DNA of 64,000 nt from Candidatus Levybacteria bacterium RIFCSPHIGHO2_01_FULL_38_26 (GTDB lineage Bacteria > Patescibacteriota > Microgenomatia > Levybacterales > UBA12049): the NCBI GenBank assembly GCA_001782075.1, contig MFNO01000016.1, positions 5,600-69,599 on the forward strand, written 5' to 3'. The notes beneath the pieces were generated by a model. It ran no database searches. It saw only the letters and a program-made list of their open reading frames with translations, and had not been told where the DNA came from. Positions 18,401-30,991 of the stretch are shown piece after piece. Positions within the stretch are counted from its first letter, which is position 1, and each line of letters begins with the position of its first letter. The translations under genes and the position numbers were made by a program.

Positions 18401-19419
18401 AAAATATCCTGAGCTCGTCGAAGGACAAAACAGAATGGGAGAATTTTCTCTCGCATCATCCCGAGACAAATTTTCTACAGTCTTGGTATTGGGGAGAATT
18501 TCACAAAAAAATAAAAAACGACATTCAAAGAACTGGATTTCATGAAAATAATAAACTTGTCGGAGTTATGTTGTCTATAGTTGAGGATGCGAAAAGGGGA
18601 CGATATCTGACAGTACCTGGAGGTCCAATTATTGATTGGAGAAATAATAATCTTATCTCTGCTTTTGATGATGAAGTAATAAAAATCGCAAAAGAAAAAA
18701 ATTGTGTTTTCGCAAGAATCCGTCCTCAACTTGAATCAAATGAACTCTCAAAAAATATTTTCAAAAAAACCGGCTTTATCAATGCCCCTATGCACCTTCA
18801 TGCCGAACTAACAACGCAACTAGATATTACAAAATCAGAAGATGAGCTTCTTAAAAACATGAGGAAAACGACAAGGTATGAAATTAAAAAAGCAATCAAT
18901 CAAGAAATAAAAATAACAACTTCAAAGGATCCTGCGGCAATCAAGAAGTTTTATGAGCTTCAGATTGAGACGGCAAAAAGACAAAAATTTATTCCTTTCT
19001 CAAACGAGTTTTTATATGAACAATTCAAAACATTCGCAGAAAACAATCTTGCACTGTTGTATGAAGCGAGGCTTGAAAAAATATTACTTGCTCAAGCTTT
19101 TATTATTTTTTATGGTCAGGAAGCTGTTTACCATTACGGCGCGAGTACCGAGGAAGGAAGAAAGCATCCTGGGGCTTATTTAATACAATGGGAAGCGATC
19201 AAAGAGGCAAAAAAAAGAAAAATGAGCCGCTACAATTTTTGGGGAGTTGCACCTGTTGATGAGATAAAACACAGATTTTACGGCTTATCCCTTTTCAAGC
19301 GCGGATTCGGCGGAGAAGACATAGAGTATCTCCATGCCCAAGACCTAATCATAAACCGCCCAAAATACTTAATAAACTACGCAATCGAAAATATAAGAAA
19401 AAAAGTTAGAAACGTATAA
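18382..19419 (+). CDS. FemAB/FemX/MurM-family peptidoglycan bridge peptidyltransferase
   Basis: FLQSWYWGEF, PGGPI, MRKTTRYEIKKA, YHYGAS, YNFWG, FKRGFGG. Confidence 0.9.
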   Translation: MAKITIKNILSSSKDKTEWENFLSHHPETNFLQSWYWGEFHKKIKNDIQRTGFHENNKLVGVMLSIVEDAKRGRYLTVPGGPIIDWRNNNLISAFDDEVIKIAKEKNCVFARIRPQLESNELSKNIFKKTGFINAPMHLHAELTTQLDITKSEDELLKNMRKTTRYEIKKAINQEIKITTSKDPAAIKKFYELQIETAKRQKFIPFSNEFLYEQFKTFAENNLALLYEARLEKILLAQAFIIFYGQEAVYHYGASTEEGRKHPGAYLIQWEAIKEAKKRKMSRYNFWGVAPVDEIKHRFYGLSLFKRGFGGEDIEYLHAQDLIINRPKYLINYAIENIRKKVRNV

Positions 19420-19591
19420 TTTTGTTTGACCATTAGCAGAAAAAAAGCAAGTTTTGGAGAAAATGACGATACCCTTAATATTCCAGGAATTATAAAACAG
19501 TTCTAAGCACAAAAGGTTAACACCAATACAAATACTATATAATAATATTGCAAAAAAAACTTGGATTTGATATAATACTATAGGTTGAAAT

Positions 19592-22063
19592 ATGGTCAAT
19601 CACGAAACCTTTAATCCAAGTTCAATTGAGGAAAATTCAGAATTATCAAAGCTTGAATCAAATCGAAGACAGGCTTTGGCTAGCCTTAAGAAAGTAAGCC
19701 TAAATCCCAAAGAAACATTCCTAAGAGAACATCAGATAAGCATGGTCCAATCCCTCATTGAACATCTTGAGAAAGGGGAGACTGCCGGTTATATGAGCGA
19801 GCCGACAGGTTCCGGAAAATCAGCCGTAATTGCAAAAATCGCGGAGGTCATGGGTCTTAAAACAATAATTCTTTCTCCAACTCAGCAGATTCTAAGACAA
19901 ACCAGAGATGACGCTAAAAAATTCACTCCGGATCTAAATCTCACAAATTATTACGCAAACGAAAAAGATTCATCTGGAAAAGTAATAAATACTACTTATC
20001 AATCTATTCCTACAGTAATTGAAAATGAAAACTTCAACTCCGAAGAAATTCAGCTTGTTATTTGCGATGAACTGCACACATCGCTCGGAGAACAAAGGCA
20101 CACTATTTTTAGAAATTTTCCAAATGCATTAAAAATAGGAATGACCGCAACGCCTGCATTTGATCAATTGGAAGAATACATGGAAAGGGGAATCGTTGAT
20201 GAAGACGAAGAATGGACAAAATTATACACCAACCTAATACACGAAATGAGTTTAGAAGAGGCAATGGAAAGAGGAATATTGATCAATCCCCTCAACGTAC
20301 ATCTGTTAAAAACCAACGTTACCGTATCAGATATCCAGGTGCAATCAAACGGCGAATATAGAGAAGCTGATGTCAGAAGATATTTCGCGACTAAATCAAG
20401 AAATGCGTTGGCAATTGGAATGATCGCGGGTGTTGATAAAATTCCAGCACAGTACAATATACCTGAAGATCAAAAAAGAGAACTTGAAGCAATCCACACG
20501 AAAATCTCAGGAAAAAAAACAGTCGTATTCGGAATCGACATCGATCACGCTGAACAGCTAGCGCAAGACTTGAGAGATGCCGAAGTAAATGCCACGGCAG
20601 TTCATGGAAAAACAAAAAATTCCGAAGATATTCTTAGAGATCATTCGAAGGGAAATACCCAAGTAGTTACGGGCGTTGACATGTTGGGAATCGGATGGAA
20701 TTCGCCGGAAACAGAGGTAGGTATATTTTTACGTCCCACTTATTCTGAAAAGAAAGCGGTACAACAGCTAGGAAGAATTATGCGCATTTCCCCCGATTCG
20801 GGCAAAGAAAACGCTTTTGCAATTCAATTAGTTGACCAATTTTCAAGAAGAGTAGACCGTCCGGTACTAATACCAGATATTTTTGATCCGGAATTCGTAA
20901 TGAAAGGAAACATTTCAAAATCAAGTACGACTCCAGGACAAAAAGAAAATGCTCAAGATAAAGCGGTGGTTTCTTTCTCAGGAATGGATATTGAATCCAT
21001 AGTTGAAGAGATACAAATTAAAAGCATGTTAAAAAGCCGCTTTTCTCAAGGCTCGATACAAGAAATTAGCAATCTTACAAACAAGCTTATTCAGGAAACC
21101 CACGAGCAATATCCCGACGCCACACTGTACGAATTGTTTAGGCTAGTAGTAGATCAGCTGCCCCAAAGGATTCCATCTGAAGCTCAGGAAAAATCATTTC
21201 AAGCAATTGCAGATCCCGATCCCAAAATAAAAGAACTTGGAAAAAACTCATTTTTACTCTTCAATATGAAAACTATACTTAGAGTAGTAGATTTATATTT
21301 CGATGAAGATTCAGATACCATTGACGATCGGGATGAATTGTTCTCAACCGCGACAGCAGCAGTCTTGGAAAAATTATCAAATATATCCGGCAAAACCCAG
21401 GTTTCTCAACAGGTTCACTCAATAGCAAGAAATGGATTGGTCAATTTTCTCTCAAAAAACGAGAATATGCCACCCGCGTGGATAAGACGCGGCAACCAAA
21501 CAAAAAAAACAATAAACGACCGTATAGATGAAACTCTCGGACCGCAAAATTATATAATGTCCGAAAAAGAGATTGGGGATCTGGCTGGATCCATAATAGA
21601 TGAGACGAGTGTAGGAAGGACAAACCTGGAAAAATACATAATTTTCAAAAATTCACTTAGAATAGAAAAACAAGCAAATAACGAAGATGCAACTTTCAAA
21701 GAATATTCTTCATCCGCCTTAGAAGAGGACTTAAAAAGAGCAATGGAAACACTCACGGATCGAGAGAGACGAGTTCTGGAATCGCGATTTGGGACAGAAG
21801 AGGGAAAATCACAAACTCTGGAAGACGTGGCGCGACAATTTGGCGTAACAAGAGAAAGAATAACACAAATAGAAAAAAAAGCCCTAAGAAAACTTCGCCA
21901 CCCGACAAGATCAAAACATATAATAGACCATATGGATGATGACTATATAGCAAGACCAATTAAGACAATTAAATCAGAAAGCTCGGCAAACAAAGCACCA
22001 TATCGTGATCCTGATTTAATCTCGGAACTTGTCAAAAAACAATCCCAAGAGCAGCGGCTTTAA
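19592..22063 (+). CDS. SF2 (ResIII/SSL2-like) helicase fused to a C-terminal sigma70-like module
   Basis: [41 protein letters not shown]; C-terminus [15 protein letters not shown]...[30 protein letters not shown] matches RpoD region 4. Confidence 0.85.
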   Translation: MVNHETFNPSSIEENSELSKLESNRRQALASLKKVSLNPKETFLREHQISMVQSLIEHLEKGETAGYMSEPTGSGKSAVIAKIAEVMGLKTIILSPTQQILRQTRDDAKKFTPDLNLTNYYANEKDSSGKVINTTYQSIPTVIENENFNSEEIQLVICDELHTSLGEQRHTIFRNFPNALKIGMTATPAFDQLEEYMERGIVDEDEEWTKLYTNLIHEMSLEEAMERGILINPLNVHLLKTNVTVSDIQVQSNGEYREADVRRYFATKSRNALAIGMIAGVDKIPAQYNIPEDQKRELEAIHTKISGKKTVVFGIDIDHAEQLAQDLRDAEVNATAVHGKTKNSEDILRDHSKGNTQVVTGVDMLGIGWNSPETEVGIFLRPTYSEKKAVQQLGRIMRISPDSGKENAFAIQLVDQFSRRVDRPVLIPDIFDPEFVMKGNISKSSTTPGQKENAQDKAVVSFSGMDIESIVEEIQIKSMLKSRFSQGSIQEISNLTNKLIQETHEQYPDATLYELFRLVVDQLPQRIPSEAQEKSFQAIADPDPKIKELGKNSFLLFNMKTILRVVDLYFDEDSDTIDDRDELFSTATAAVLEKLSNISGKTQVSQQVHSIARNGLVNFLSKNENMPPAWIRRGNQTKKTINDRIDETLGPQNYIMSEKEIGDLAGSIIDETSVGRTNLEKYIIFKNSLRIEKQANNEDATFKEYSSSALEEDLKRAMETLTDRERRVLESRFGTEEGKSQTLEDVARQFGVTRERITQIEKKALRKLRHPTRSKHIIDHMDDDYIARPIKTIKSESSANKAPYRDPDLISELVKKQSQEQRL

Positions 22064-22097
22064 CACTAGAAACCCTCTGGTTTTTCTGCTAGAATAG

Positions 22098-24065
<1,968 letters not shown>

Positions 24066-24071
24066 CAGAAA

Positions 24072-24120
24072 TATCATTCTAAGAGAAGCCAGGCCTGACT
24101 TGGTGAAGCGAAGAATCTAG
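24072..24120. repeat. REP-like half element downstream of gyrB
   Basis: TATCATTCTAAG...GAAGCGAAGAATCT resembles the left arm of the holB element. Confidence 0.55.
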
Positions 24121-24215
24121 GCCTATTTATCTAAACCTCAAGAAAATTCCTAAATCTACATTATATCCTATAATATTTGCTTGGCTTGTCTTTTTATGGT
24201 ATAGTATGCGCCACT

Positions 24216-24728
24216 ATGACAGAACGAGAACAACCAAACGAACCGCGAAGAGGAGTGGCCCCATTTTTAGCCGGGATTGAAAGAGAAGAAAACCAAGAGG
24301 CAAAATTACAGTCAATATTTAGTGCAAGAATTCCTTTCGGCTCACTTGGGGATTTAAGAATAGAGCTTAATCGGCCAACTGATGAAGAATCTCTTGTTGA
24401 TCAGACGCTTGAAGAAGATCAAGCATATACAATTAACCTGGATGGAACAATAGAAAGAGGGAATCTCAGGGATTTTTTCAGACGAGGGTATTTCACGGTA
24501 AGAGTGGACATAGAGCCGATCGAAACTGAAATAGCTCAGGATTTAAATGTAAGCCTCTGGATTAACAACACCGATTCAATTTTTAGCACTGAATTAACTA
24601 TCGAAGCAGAGTTTATCGATGCTTTCTTCTATGAATATGACCGGGAAAAAGGAATATCTGAACAGTTGGTTCTACCAGACAATCCGGAAATTTTAAATGC
24701 TGTGAGAATCAGCGTCAGCAGCGCCTAA
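24216..24728 (+). CDS. Hypothetical protein, paralog of the next gene
   Basis: Shares G-APF--GI, IP-GSLG, G-LRD---GY and LVLP--P--L motifs with 24775-25305; start MTERE after TGnTATAGT. Confidence 0.75.
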   Translation: MTEREQPNEPRRGVAPFLAGIEREENQEAKLQSIFSARIPFGSLGDLRIELNRPTDEESLVDQTLEEDQAYTINLDGTIERGNLRDFFRRGYFTVRVDIEPIETEIAQDLNVSLWINNTDSIFSTELTIEAEFIDAFFYEYDREKGISEQLVLPDNPEILNAVRISVSSA

Positions 24729-24774
24729 CATCCTTGACCAAAAGCCTCATTTCGTGCTATAATTTAACTCGAAT

Positions 24775-25305
24775 ATGAAACACGAACTGTATCAAACACC
24801 ATCAAATTTGGTAATTGAAAGAGGAATCGCTCCTTTTGAAAAAGGTATTCCAGAATCAAGAGAGACAAATAAATACAGTTTCATAAAAAGTAGCCCAATA
24901 CCCGTAGGATCGTTAGGAGAAATATCTATGGAACTCATGAAGCCAAAAACAGAAGAGGAACTGTTTGTTTCTACTCTTGAGACAGAAAAAGCTTTTTCTT
25001 TTCTTCGCTCAGGGGAAATATTTATAGGATACCTTCGCGATCTTTTAAATAAAGGTTATTATCAAACAGGAGTGGTTATAGAGCATCCTTTAGAAGAGAC
25101 TTTAATCGAGGAACGCGGAGAAAAATTAAATGCACATCTTTGGAATTTACACGGAAATCAAGTCATCACTTCTCCTTTAGAAAGTGTAGACAAAGACAGA
25201 GCTGTATTTTTTCTACAAAATCCTAATAATACTCTTATAGAGCTTGTGTTGCCAAACGATCCAAAAGTATTAAAAGACGTAAGAATCAACGTAAGCAACA
25301 ATTAG
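24775..25305 (+). CDS. Hypothetical protein, paralog of the previous gene
   Basis: Same shared motifs; own promoter TTGACC-18-TATAAT. Confidence 0.75.
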   Translation: MKHELYQTPSNLVIERGIAPFEKGIPESRETNKYSFIKSSPIPVGSLGEISMELMKPKTEEELFVSTLETEKAFSFLRSGEIFIGYLRDLLNKGYYQTGVVIEHPLEETLIEERGEKLNAHLWNLHGNQVITSPLESVDKDRAVFFLQNPNNTLIELVLPNDPKVLKDVRINVSNN

Positions 25306-25370
25306 AGACCATTCAAGGCAAAACTCTGCTTGATTAGTTGCGTAAATTTCCCTATAATATATCTTGCTTT

Positions 25371-27401
25371 ATGGATTTATCTTTTGTAGCAGGCAACGCT
25401 CTAATGCTTAGCGTTGGTGCAGGAATTTTGTCTATTATCTTCAGCATTTTCCTGACATTAAAAGTATTATCAAACCCCCGCGGCGACAAAAAAATGAATG
25501 AGATCGCGGATGCAATCCAGGAAGGTGCAACAGCGTATCTTAAAAGACAATACACGGTGGTTGCTATAATCGGAGCTATAATTTTTGTTGCGCTTTTACT
25601 TTTTCTTGGAACTTTGACCGCAATCGGATTTGCCATTGGCGCAATCTTCTCCGCGGTCGCGGGCATAATCGGAATGAATGTTGCCGTCAGAAGCAATATT
25701 CGTACTGCTCAGGCGGCAAAAAAAGGTCTATCATCTGCTTTTTCTCTTGCGTTTCAAGGAGGAGCAGTAACAGGACTTATCGTTGCGGGACTTGCCCTTT
25801 TTTCCGTAAGTGGACTATATCTTGTGCTAAACAATCTTCAAATGGAAAGCCTTCAGCCATTGATCGCTCTTGGTTTTGGAGGATCGCTTATTTCTGTTTT
25901 TGCAAGACTGGGCGGGGGAATATTCACCAAAAGCGCTGACGTTGGTACGGATATGGTAGGCAAAATCGAAAAAGGGATTCCAGAGGATGATCCCAGAAAT
26001 CCAGGTGTAATAGCGGATTTGGTAGGAGACAATGTTGGCGATGATGCTGGAATGGCAGCGGATTTGTTTGAGACATATGTAATTACCCTTGTTGCTGCTA
26101 TGATCTTAGGAAACCTTATATTTGGGAATACATCTTCTGTTTTGCTTTATCCTCTATTAATAGGCGCGGTATCTATAGTAGCCTCCATTGTTGGAGCTTT
26201 TTTCGTTCGCTTAAGCGGCAAAAGCATTATGACTGCGTTATATCAAGGACTGGCCGTCTCAATAATAATAGCGGTTGGCTCTTTTTACTTTATAACTACA
26301 GCACTGTTTCCACAAGGATTAAATGAAATCTCTAGCTTAAGTCTTTATTATGCGTCTATTGTCGGACTGATAATCACCATCGGCATGGTGGTTATTACGG
26401 AATATTTTACTTCCAAAAAATTCTCTCCTGTTAAAACCATAGCAAATGCCTCTACAACAGGCCACGGCACCAATGTTATCGCCGGTCTTGCCGTGTCGAT
26501 GAAATCAACTCTTGCTCCGATTCTTTTGATATCGGCAGGAATTTTGGTCGCTTATAATCTAGCAGGTCTCTATGGAGTCGCGATTGCCGCAACCAGCATG
26601 CTTTCCTTAACAGGAATTATTGTTGCTATTGACGCCTTTGGACCAATCACCGACAATGCAGGAGGAATCGCCGAGATGGCGGGACTAGATAAAAAAGTCA
26701 GAGACGTTACTGATCCTTTGGACGCAGTTGGGAATACCACAAAAGCAGTAACTAAAGCCTATGCAATAGGCTCTGCAGGGCTTGCGGCTCTGGTACTTTT
26801 CGCAAGCTATACTCAAGAACTAAATGCAGGCAGAACTGTACCACTTGAGTTTTCCCTTTCTGATCCAAGTGTAATAGTCGGCTTGTTTATTGGCGGAGCA
26901 CTGCCATATTTCTTCGGTGCTTTGGCAATGGAAGCAGTAGGGAAGGCAAGCGTTGCGGTGGTCAATGAAGTAAGACGACAATTTAGAGAGATCAAAGGCC
27001 TTATGAAAGGTACGGCAAAACCGCAGTATGCTAGGGCCGTTGACATTGTAACTAGAGCTTCTATAAAAGAGATGATTGTTCCAGCTCTTATTCCGGTTGT
27101 TACTCCGGTACTGGTCGGTATTTTCTTAGGTCCTGTAGCGCTTGGGGGATTATTGGTCGGAAGTATTATTACCGGTCTTTTTGTAGCAATCTCTATGACC
27201 ACAGGCGGTGCCGCATGGGATAACACAAAAAAATATATTGAGGAGGGAAATTTGGGCGGAAAGGGCAGTTTTGCGCACCAGGCAGCTGTAACAGGCGACA
27301 CGGTAGGCGATCCATACAAAGACACTGCGGGGCCTGCGATTAACCCGATGATAAAAGTATTAAATATAGTGGCACTTTTGATTGCCTCGTTTATTGTGTA
27401 A
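25371..27401 (+). CDS. hppA: Membrane-bound H+-translocating pyrophosphatase (K+-independent signature)
   Basis: [51 protein letters not shown]. Confidence 0.95.
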   Translation: MDLSFVAGNALMLSVGAGILSIIFSIFLTLKVLSNPRGDKKMNEIADAIQEGATAYLKRQYTVVAIIGAIIFVALLLFLGTLTAIGFAIGAIFSAVAGIIGMNVAVRSNIRTAQAAKKGLSSAFSLAFQGGAVTGLIVAGLALFSVSGLYLVLNNLQMESLQPLIALGFGGSLISVFARLGGGIFTKSADVGTDMVGKIEKGIPEDDPRNPGVIADLVGDNVGDDAGMAADLFETYVITLVAAMILGNLIFGNTSSVLLYPLLIGAVSIVASIVGAFFVRLSGKSIMTALYQGLAVSIIIAVGSFYFITTALFPQGLNEISSLSLYYASIVGLIITIGMVVITEYFTSKKFSPVKTIANASTTGHGTNVIAGLAVSMKSTLAPILLISAGILVAYNLAGLYGVAIAATSMLSLTGIIVAIDAFGPITDNAGGIAEMAGLDKKVRDVTDPLDAVGNTTKAVTKAYAIGSAGLAALVLFASYTQELNAGRTVPLEFSLSDPSVIVGLFIGGALPYFFGALAMEAVGKASVAVVNEVRRQFREIKGLMKGTAKPQYARAVDIVTRASIKEMIVPALIPVVTPVLVGIFLGPVALGGLLVGSIITGLFVAISMTTGGAAWDNTKKYIEEGNLGGKGSFAHQAAVTGDTVGDPYKDTAGPAINPMIKVLNIVALLIASFIV

Positions 27402-27421
27402 GAAGTGTCCCATTTTTATCC

Positions 27422-27495
27422 TTCGAGTGAGAATCCGCCACTGGCGGAGACGAATCGAGAAGTTTTCAACCGAATAGCTCTCGACTTCGCTCGAA
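27422..27495. repeat. Intergenic REP-like nested palindrome
   Basis: TTCGAGTGAG-[TCCGCCACTGGCGGA]-TCGAGA...TCTCGA-CTTCGCTCGAA. Confidence 0.7.
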
Positions 27496-27508
27496 CAATA
27501 ATTAGATT

Positions 27509-30031
27509 ATGACTGATATAGGAAGGTTACAACAAACAGAAATAACCTCGGAGATGAAACGCGCGTACTTGGACTACGCTATGTCTGTTATTGTATCAAG
27601 GGCGCTTCCTGATGTAAAAGACGGATTAAAGCCGGTTCACCGAAGAATATTATATGCCATGCACGAGATGGGCTTGACGCACTCCGCAAAATACTCAAAA
27701 TCGGCAAAAATAGTTGGAGAAGTAATGGGAAAATATCATCCCCATGGTGATTTGCCAATTTATGACGCGCTAGTAAGGCTTGCACAGAATTTCTCCATGC
27801 GTTATCCATTAATTGACGGCCAGGGAAACTTCGGCTCTATGGATGGAGACCCGCCGGCGGCAATGAGGTATACGGAAGCCCGTATGGCAGCCATCGCCTC
27901 CGAGGTGCTGTTTGATTTGGAAAAAGAAACAGTTGACTTCGTGCCCAATTTCGACGCAAGTCTAAAAGAACCAGTATTCCTGCCTGCAAAATTGCCGAAT
28001 CTGCTGCTTATGGGCTCCGAAGGAATAGCAGTGGGCATGGCAACCAAAATCCCGCCGCATAACCTCGGAGAAATAGTAGATGCGATTGTGTATATGATAA
28101 GTAAAACTACCTTTGCAAAAGAGCCAAGGGGGTCAAAAGAGACAAAGGAACCAAATATAGAAATAGCTTCGTTTGTCTCCCCTGTCTCATTGACAACATC
28201 AGTAACAGTCGACGAGCTCCTGCAATTCATCAAGGGTCCTGACTTCCCAACAGCTGGCGCTATATACGACATTAATGAAATAAAAAATGTTTATACAACC
28301 GGTAGAGGAAGAATAATCATAAGAGGAAAAGCAGATATTGAAGATATTGGAAATGGAAAATCAGCAATTATCATTACAGAGCTTCCATATCAAGTAAACA
28401 AAGCTCTACTTGTTGCAAGAATAGCAGATCTTGCACGAGAGAAGAAAGTAGAGGGAATATCTGATCTTCGCGACGAGTCGGACAGACACGGAACAAGAAT
28501 AGTTGTTGAACTAAAAAGAGACAGCATGCCCAAAAAAGTACTCAACAATCTGTTTAAACACACAAGTCTTCAGACTATCTTTCCTGTCAATGTTGTAGCT
28601 CTTGTTGATGGAACACCTCAGACTCTAAATCTCAAAACCATTCTTGAAGAGTATTTAAAACACCGCTACCTTGTAGTCACCAGACGATCTGTATTTGAGT
28701 TAAAACAAGCAAAAGCAAGACTTCACATCCTGGAGGGACTAAAGATAGCAGTTGACAACATAGATGCGGTAATAAGAACAATTAGAGCATCCAAAACACA
28801 AGAGGAAGCCAAGCAAAATTTAATAGAGAAATTTAAGCTAAGTGAAATCCAAGCAACGGCGATTCTTGATATGCAGCTAAGACGTCTAGCAGCGCTTGAG
28901 AGACAAAAAATTGAAGACGAGTACGAAATGATCAAAGAAACAATTGCATACCTTGAAGACCTTCTCTCCCATTCAGAAAAAATATTAACTGTCATAAAAG
29001 ACGAGCTTGTAAGTCTCAGGAAGAAGTATCAGGATGCGAGACGCACTAGGGTATTCAAAAGCAAAGTCGGAGAGTTTTCAGAGGAAGACCTTATTCCAAA
29101 TGAACCAACAGTGATAACCTTGACCAATACTGGATATATAAAACGCCAGAGTCTTAATAGTTTTCGAGTTCAGCAGCGAGGGGGCAAGGGAGTAAAAGGC
29201 ATGACCACCAAAGAAGAAGACGGAATTTTAAGTATCCGCTATGCCGAAACCCACGACAACATACTATTCTTTACAAATCGGGGAAAGGTGTATCAGCTCA
29301 GAGCTTATGAAATATCAGAAAGCAGCAGAACCAGCAAAGGTACCGCTGTTGTAAACTTGATTAATATAGAACAAGGAGAAAGAATCGAATCATTTATCAA
29401 TTACAAACCCAATGATAATCATGGGTATGTATTTCTGACTACTAAAAACGGTACTGTCAAAAAAACAAGCTTAAAGGAATTTGAAAATATAAGAAGAAAC
29501 GGAATTATTGCCATAAAACTTGAAAAAGGCGATGAGCTGGTGTGGAGCAATCTCACCAAAGGAAAAGAAGATATCATCCTGACTACCCGCGAAGGCAAAG
29601 CAATAAGATTCTCTGAAATTGGTGTAAGGCCTCTTGGCAGAAGCACCATGGGAGTCAGGGGGATAAAACTTGGCAGCGGCGATGAGGTGATTAGCCAGGA
29701 TGTAATAGACAAAGAAGACAAGCCGGATGTACTCGCGATTATGGAAAATGGGCTTGGCAAAAAAACTTCTGCAAAATCCTTTCGAGGTCAGAGTAGGGGA
29801 GGAGTAGGAGTAAAAATAGCAAAGGTGAATCCAAAGACAGGAAAAGTCGCTTTCGCGGCAGTAATATCTCCAAATTGCAAAGAGATAATAATTACTTCAA
29901 ATAGAGGGCAGGTGGTAAAAATACCAATTGCTCAAATTCCAAGACTCTCAAGAGACACCCAAGGCATCATCCTCATGCGATTTTCTAAATCAACCGACAA
30001 AATAACATCCGCAACTTGTGTGGAGGAGTAA
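27509..30031 (+). CDS. gyrA: DNA gyrase subunit A
   Basis: [22 protein letters not shown] (catalytic Tyr), GyrA box QQRGGKG. Confidence 0.97.
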   Translation: MTDIGRLQQTEITSEMKRAYLDYAMSVIVSRALPDVKDGLKPVHRRILYAMHEMGLTHSAKYSKSAKIVGEVMGKYHPHGDLPIYDALVRLAQNFSMRYPLIDGQGNFGSMDGDPPAAMRYTEARMAAIASEVLFDLEKETVDFVPNFDASLKEPVFLPAKLPNLLLMGSEGIAVGMATKIPPHNLGEIVDAIVYMISKTTFAKEPRGSKETKEPNIEIASFVSPVSLTTSVTVDELLQFIKGPDFPTAGAIYDINEIKNVYTTGRGRIIIRGKADIEDIGNGKSAIIITELPYQVNKALLVARIADLAREKKVEGISDLRDESDRHGTRIVVELKRDSMPKKVLNNLFKHTSLQTIFPVNVVALVDGTPQTLNLKTILEEYLKHRYLVVTRRSVFELKQAKARLHILEGLKIAVDNIDAVIRTIRASKTQEEAKQNLIEKFKLSEIQATAILDMQLRRLAALERQKIEDEYEMIKETIAYLEDLLSHSEKILTVIKDELVSLRKKYQDARRTRVFKSKVGEFSEEDLIPNEPTVITLTNTGYIKRQSLNSFRVQQRGGKGVKGMTTKEEDGILSIRYAETHDNILFFTNRGKVYQLRAYEISESSRTSKGTAVVNLINIEQGERIESFINYKPNDNHGYVFLTTKNGTVKKTSLKEFENIRRNGIIAIKLEKGDELVWSNLTKGKEDIILTTREGKAIRFSEIGVRPLGRSTMGVRGIKLGSGDEVISQDVIDKEDKPDVLAIMENGLGKKTSAKSFRGQSRGGVGVKIAKVNPKTGKVAFAAVISPNCKEIIITSNRGQVVKIPIAQIPRLSRDTQGIILMRFSKSTDKITSATCVEE

Positions 30032-30882
30032 TGAAGATTGATGGAGCGGGAATCGCAAACACAATTCTCGAAGAGCTTAAAGTAAAAGTAAATAATCTTG
30101 GAAATAAAAATATCATTCCTCATCTTGCTGTAATTTTAGTTGGCAACGAACCTTCATCTGTTTCATATGTAACCCAAAAAGAAATAAGGGGGGAAAGTAT
30201 TGGCGTAAAAGTTTCTGTTAAAAACATTTCAACAAATATAATACAGACAAGACTTTTAGAAACAATTGACAGCTTGAATAGCGATCGAAATGTTCATGGA
30301 ATAATAGTCCAACGACCCCTTCCTCAAAGCATTGATCCAAACGCAATATCTCTGGCAATCAACCCAGAAAAAGACGTCGACGGTTTTCATCCAGAATCTA
30401 AATTTCAACCTCCGATTGCTTTGGCAGTTTTAAATATATTAGAAAAAATTTATGATTTTAGCTCTAACGCCGACGAACATAATTTCAGCGGTTGGCTTGC
30501 TTCCAAGAAAATTGCTATAGTTGGCAAAGGAGAAACAGGCGGAAAACCAATAGCTGATACATTTGGAAAAATGGATATTAAGCCAGAAATAGTAGACAGC
30601 AAAACACCAAATTCTCAAAACCTCACAACAAAAGCCGACATAATTATCTCCGCAGTTGGCAAAGCAAATACTATAAAGCATGATACGATAAAGAGTGGAG
30701 CAATGCTAATTAGTGTTGGACTACATAAAGGAGAAGATGGAAAACTTCACGGAGACTATGACGAAGAGAAAATTAAAAATGTGGCTTCATTTTACACCCC
30801 AACCCCAGGCGGAGTTGGTCCTGTGAACGTCGCGATGTTATTAAAAAACCTTGTCAAAGCTGCAGAAATCTCCATGTCCTAG
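30031..30882 (+). CDS. folD: Bifunctional methylene-THF dehydrogenase/cyclohydrolase
   Basis: MKIDG, HGIIVQRPLP, KDVDGFHP, TPTPGGVGPVNVAML; TAATG coupling to gyrA. Confidence 0.92.
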   Translation: MKIDGAGIANTILEELKVKVNNLGNKNIIPHLAVILVGNEPSSVSYVTQKEIRGESIGVKVSVKNISTNIIQTRLLETIDSLNSDRNVHGIIVQRPLPQSIDPNAISLAINPEKDVDGFHPESKFQPPIALAVLNILEKIYDFSSNADEHNFSGWLASKKIAIVGKGETGGKPIADTFGKMDIKPEIVDSKTPNSQNLTTKADIIISAVGKANTIKHDTIKSGAMLISVGLHKGEDGKLHGDYDEEKIKNVASFYTPTPGGVGPVNVAMLLKNLVKAAEISMS

Positions 30883-30930
30883 GATGCAGCCTCCCTTTCA
30901 CCCCTAGGGTGTACTCAAATTTTTTAGTTG

Positions 30931-30959
30931 TTGACCAAATGGGGGTTTTCTGTTAAAGT
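30931..30959 (+). promoter_or_regulatory. sigma70 promoter of pyrB-carA-carB
   Basis: TTGACC-17-TAAAGT with extended -10 TG. Confidence 0.7.
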
Positions 30960-30965
30960 AAAGTC

Positions 30966-30991
30966 CCAGAGGCAAAAACTCTGGTTTTTTT
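30966..30991 (+). terminator. Leader hairpin plus T7 abutting the pyrB ATG (candidate attenuator)
   Basis: CCAGAG-GCAAAAA-CTCTGG-TTTTTTT-ATG. Confidence 0.7.

Noticed and set aside
19592-20900. Type I/III restriction-modification system
   Set aside because: No methyltransferase or specificity gene adjacent and no nuclease motif recognised
26813-27325. Long antisense ORFs (also 27802-28272, 47719-48147, 59394-59804 and others)
   Set aside because: Shadow frames of well-supported genes with no independent motifs
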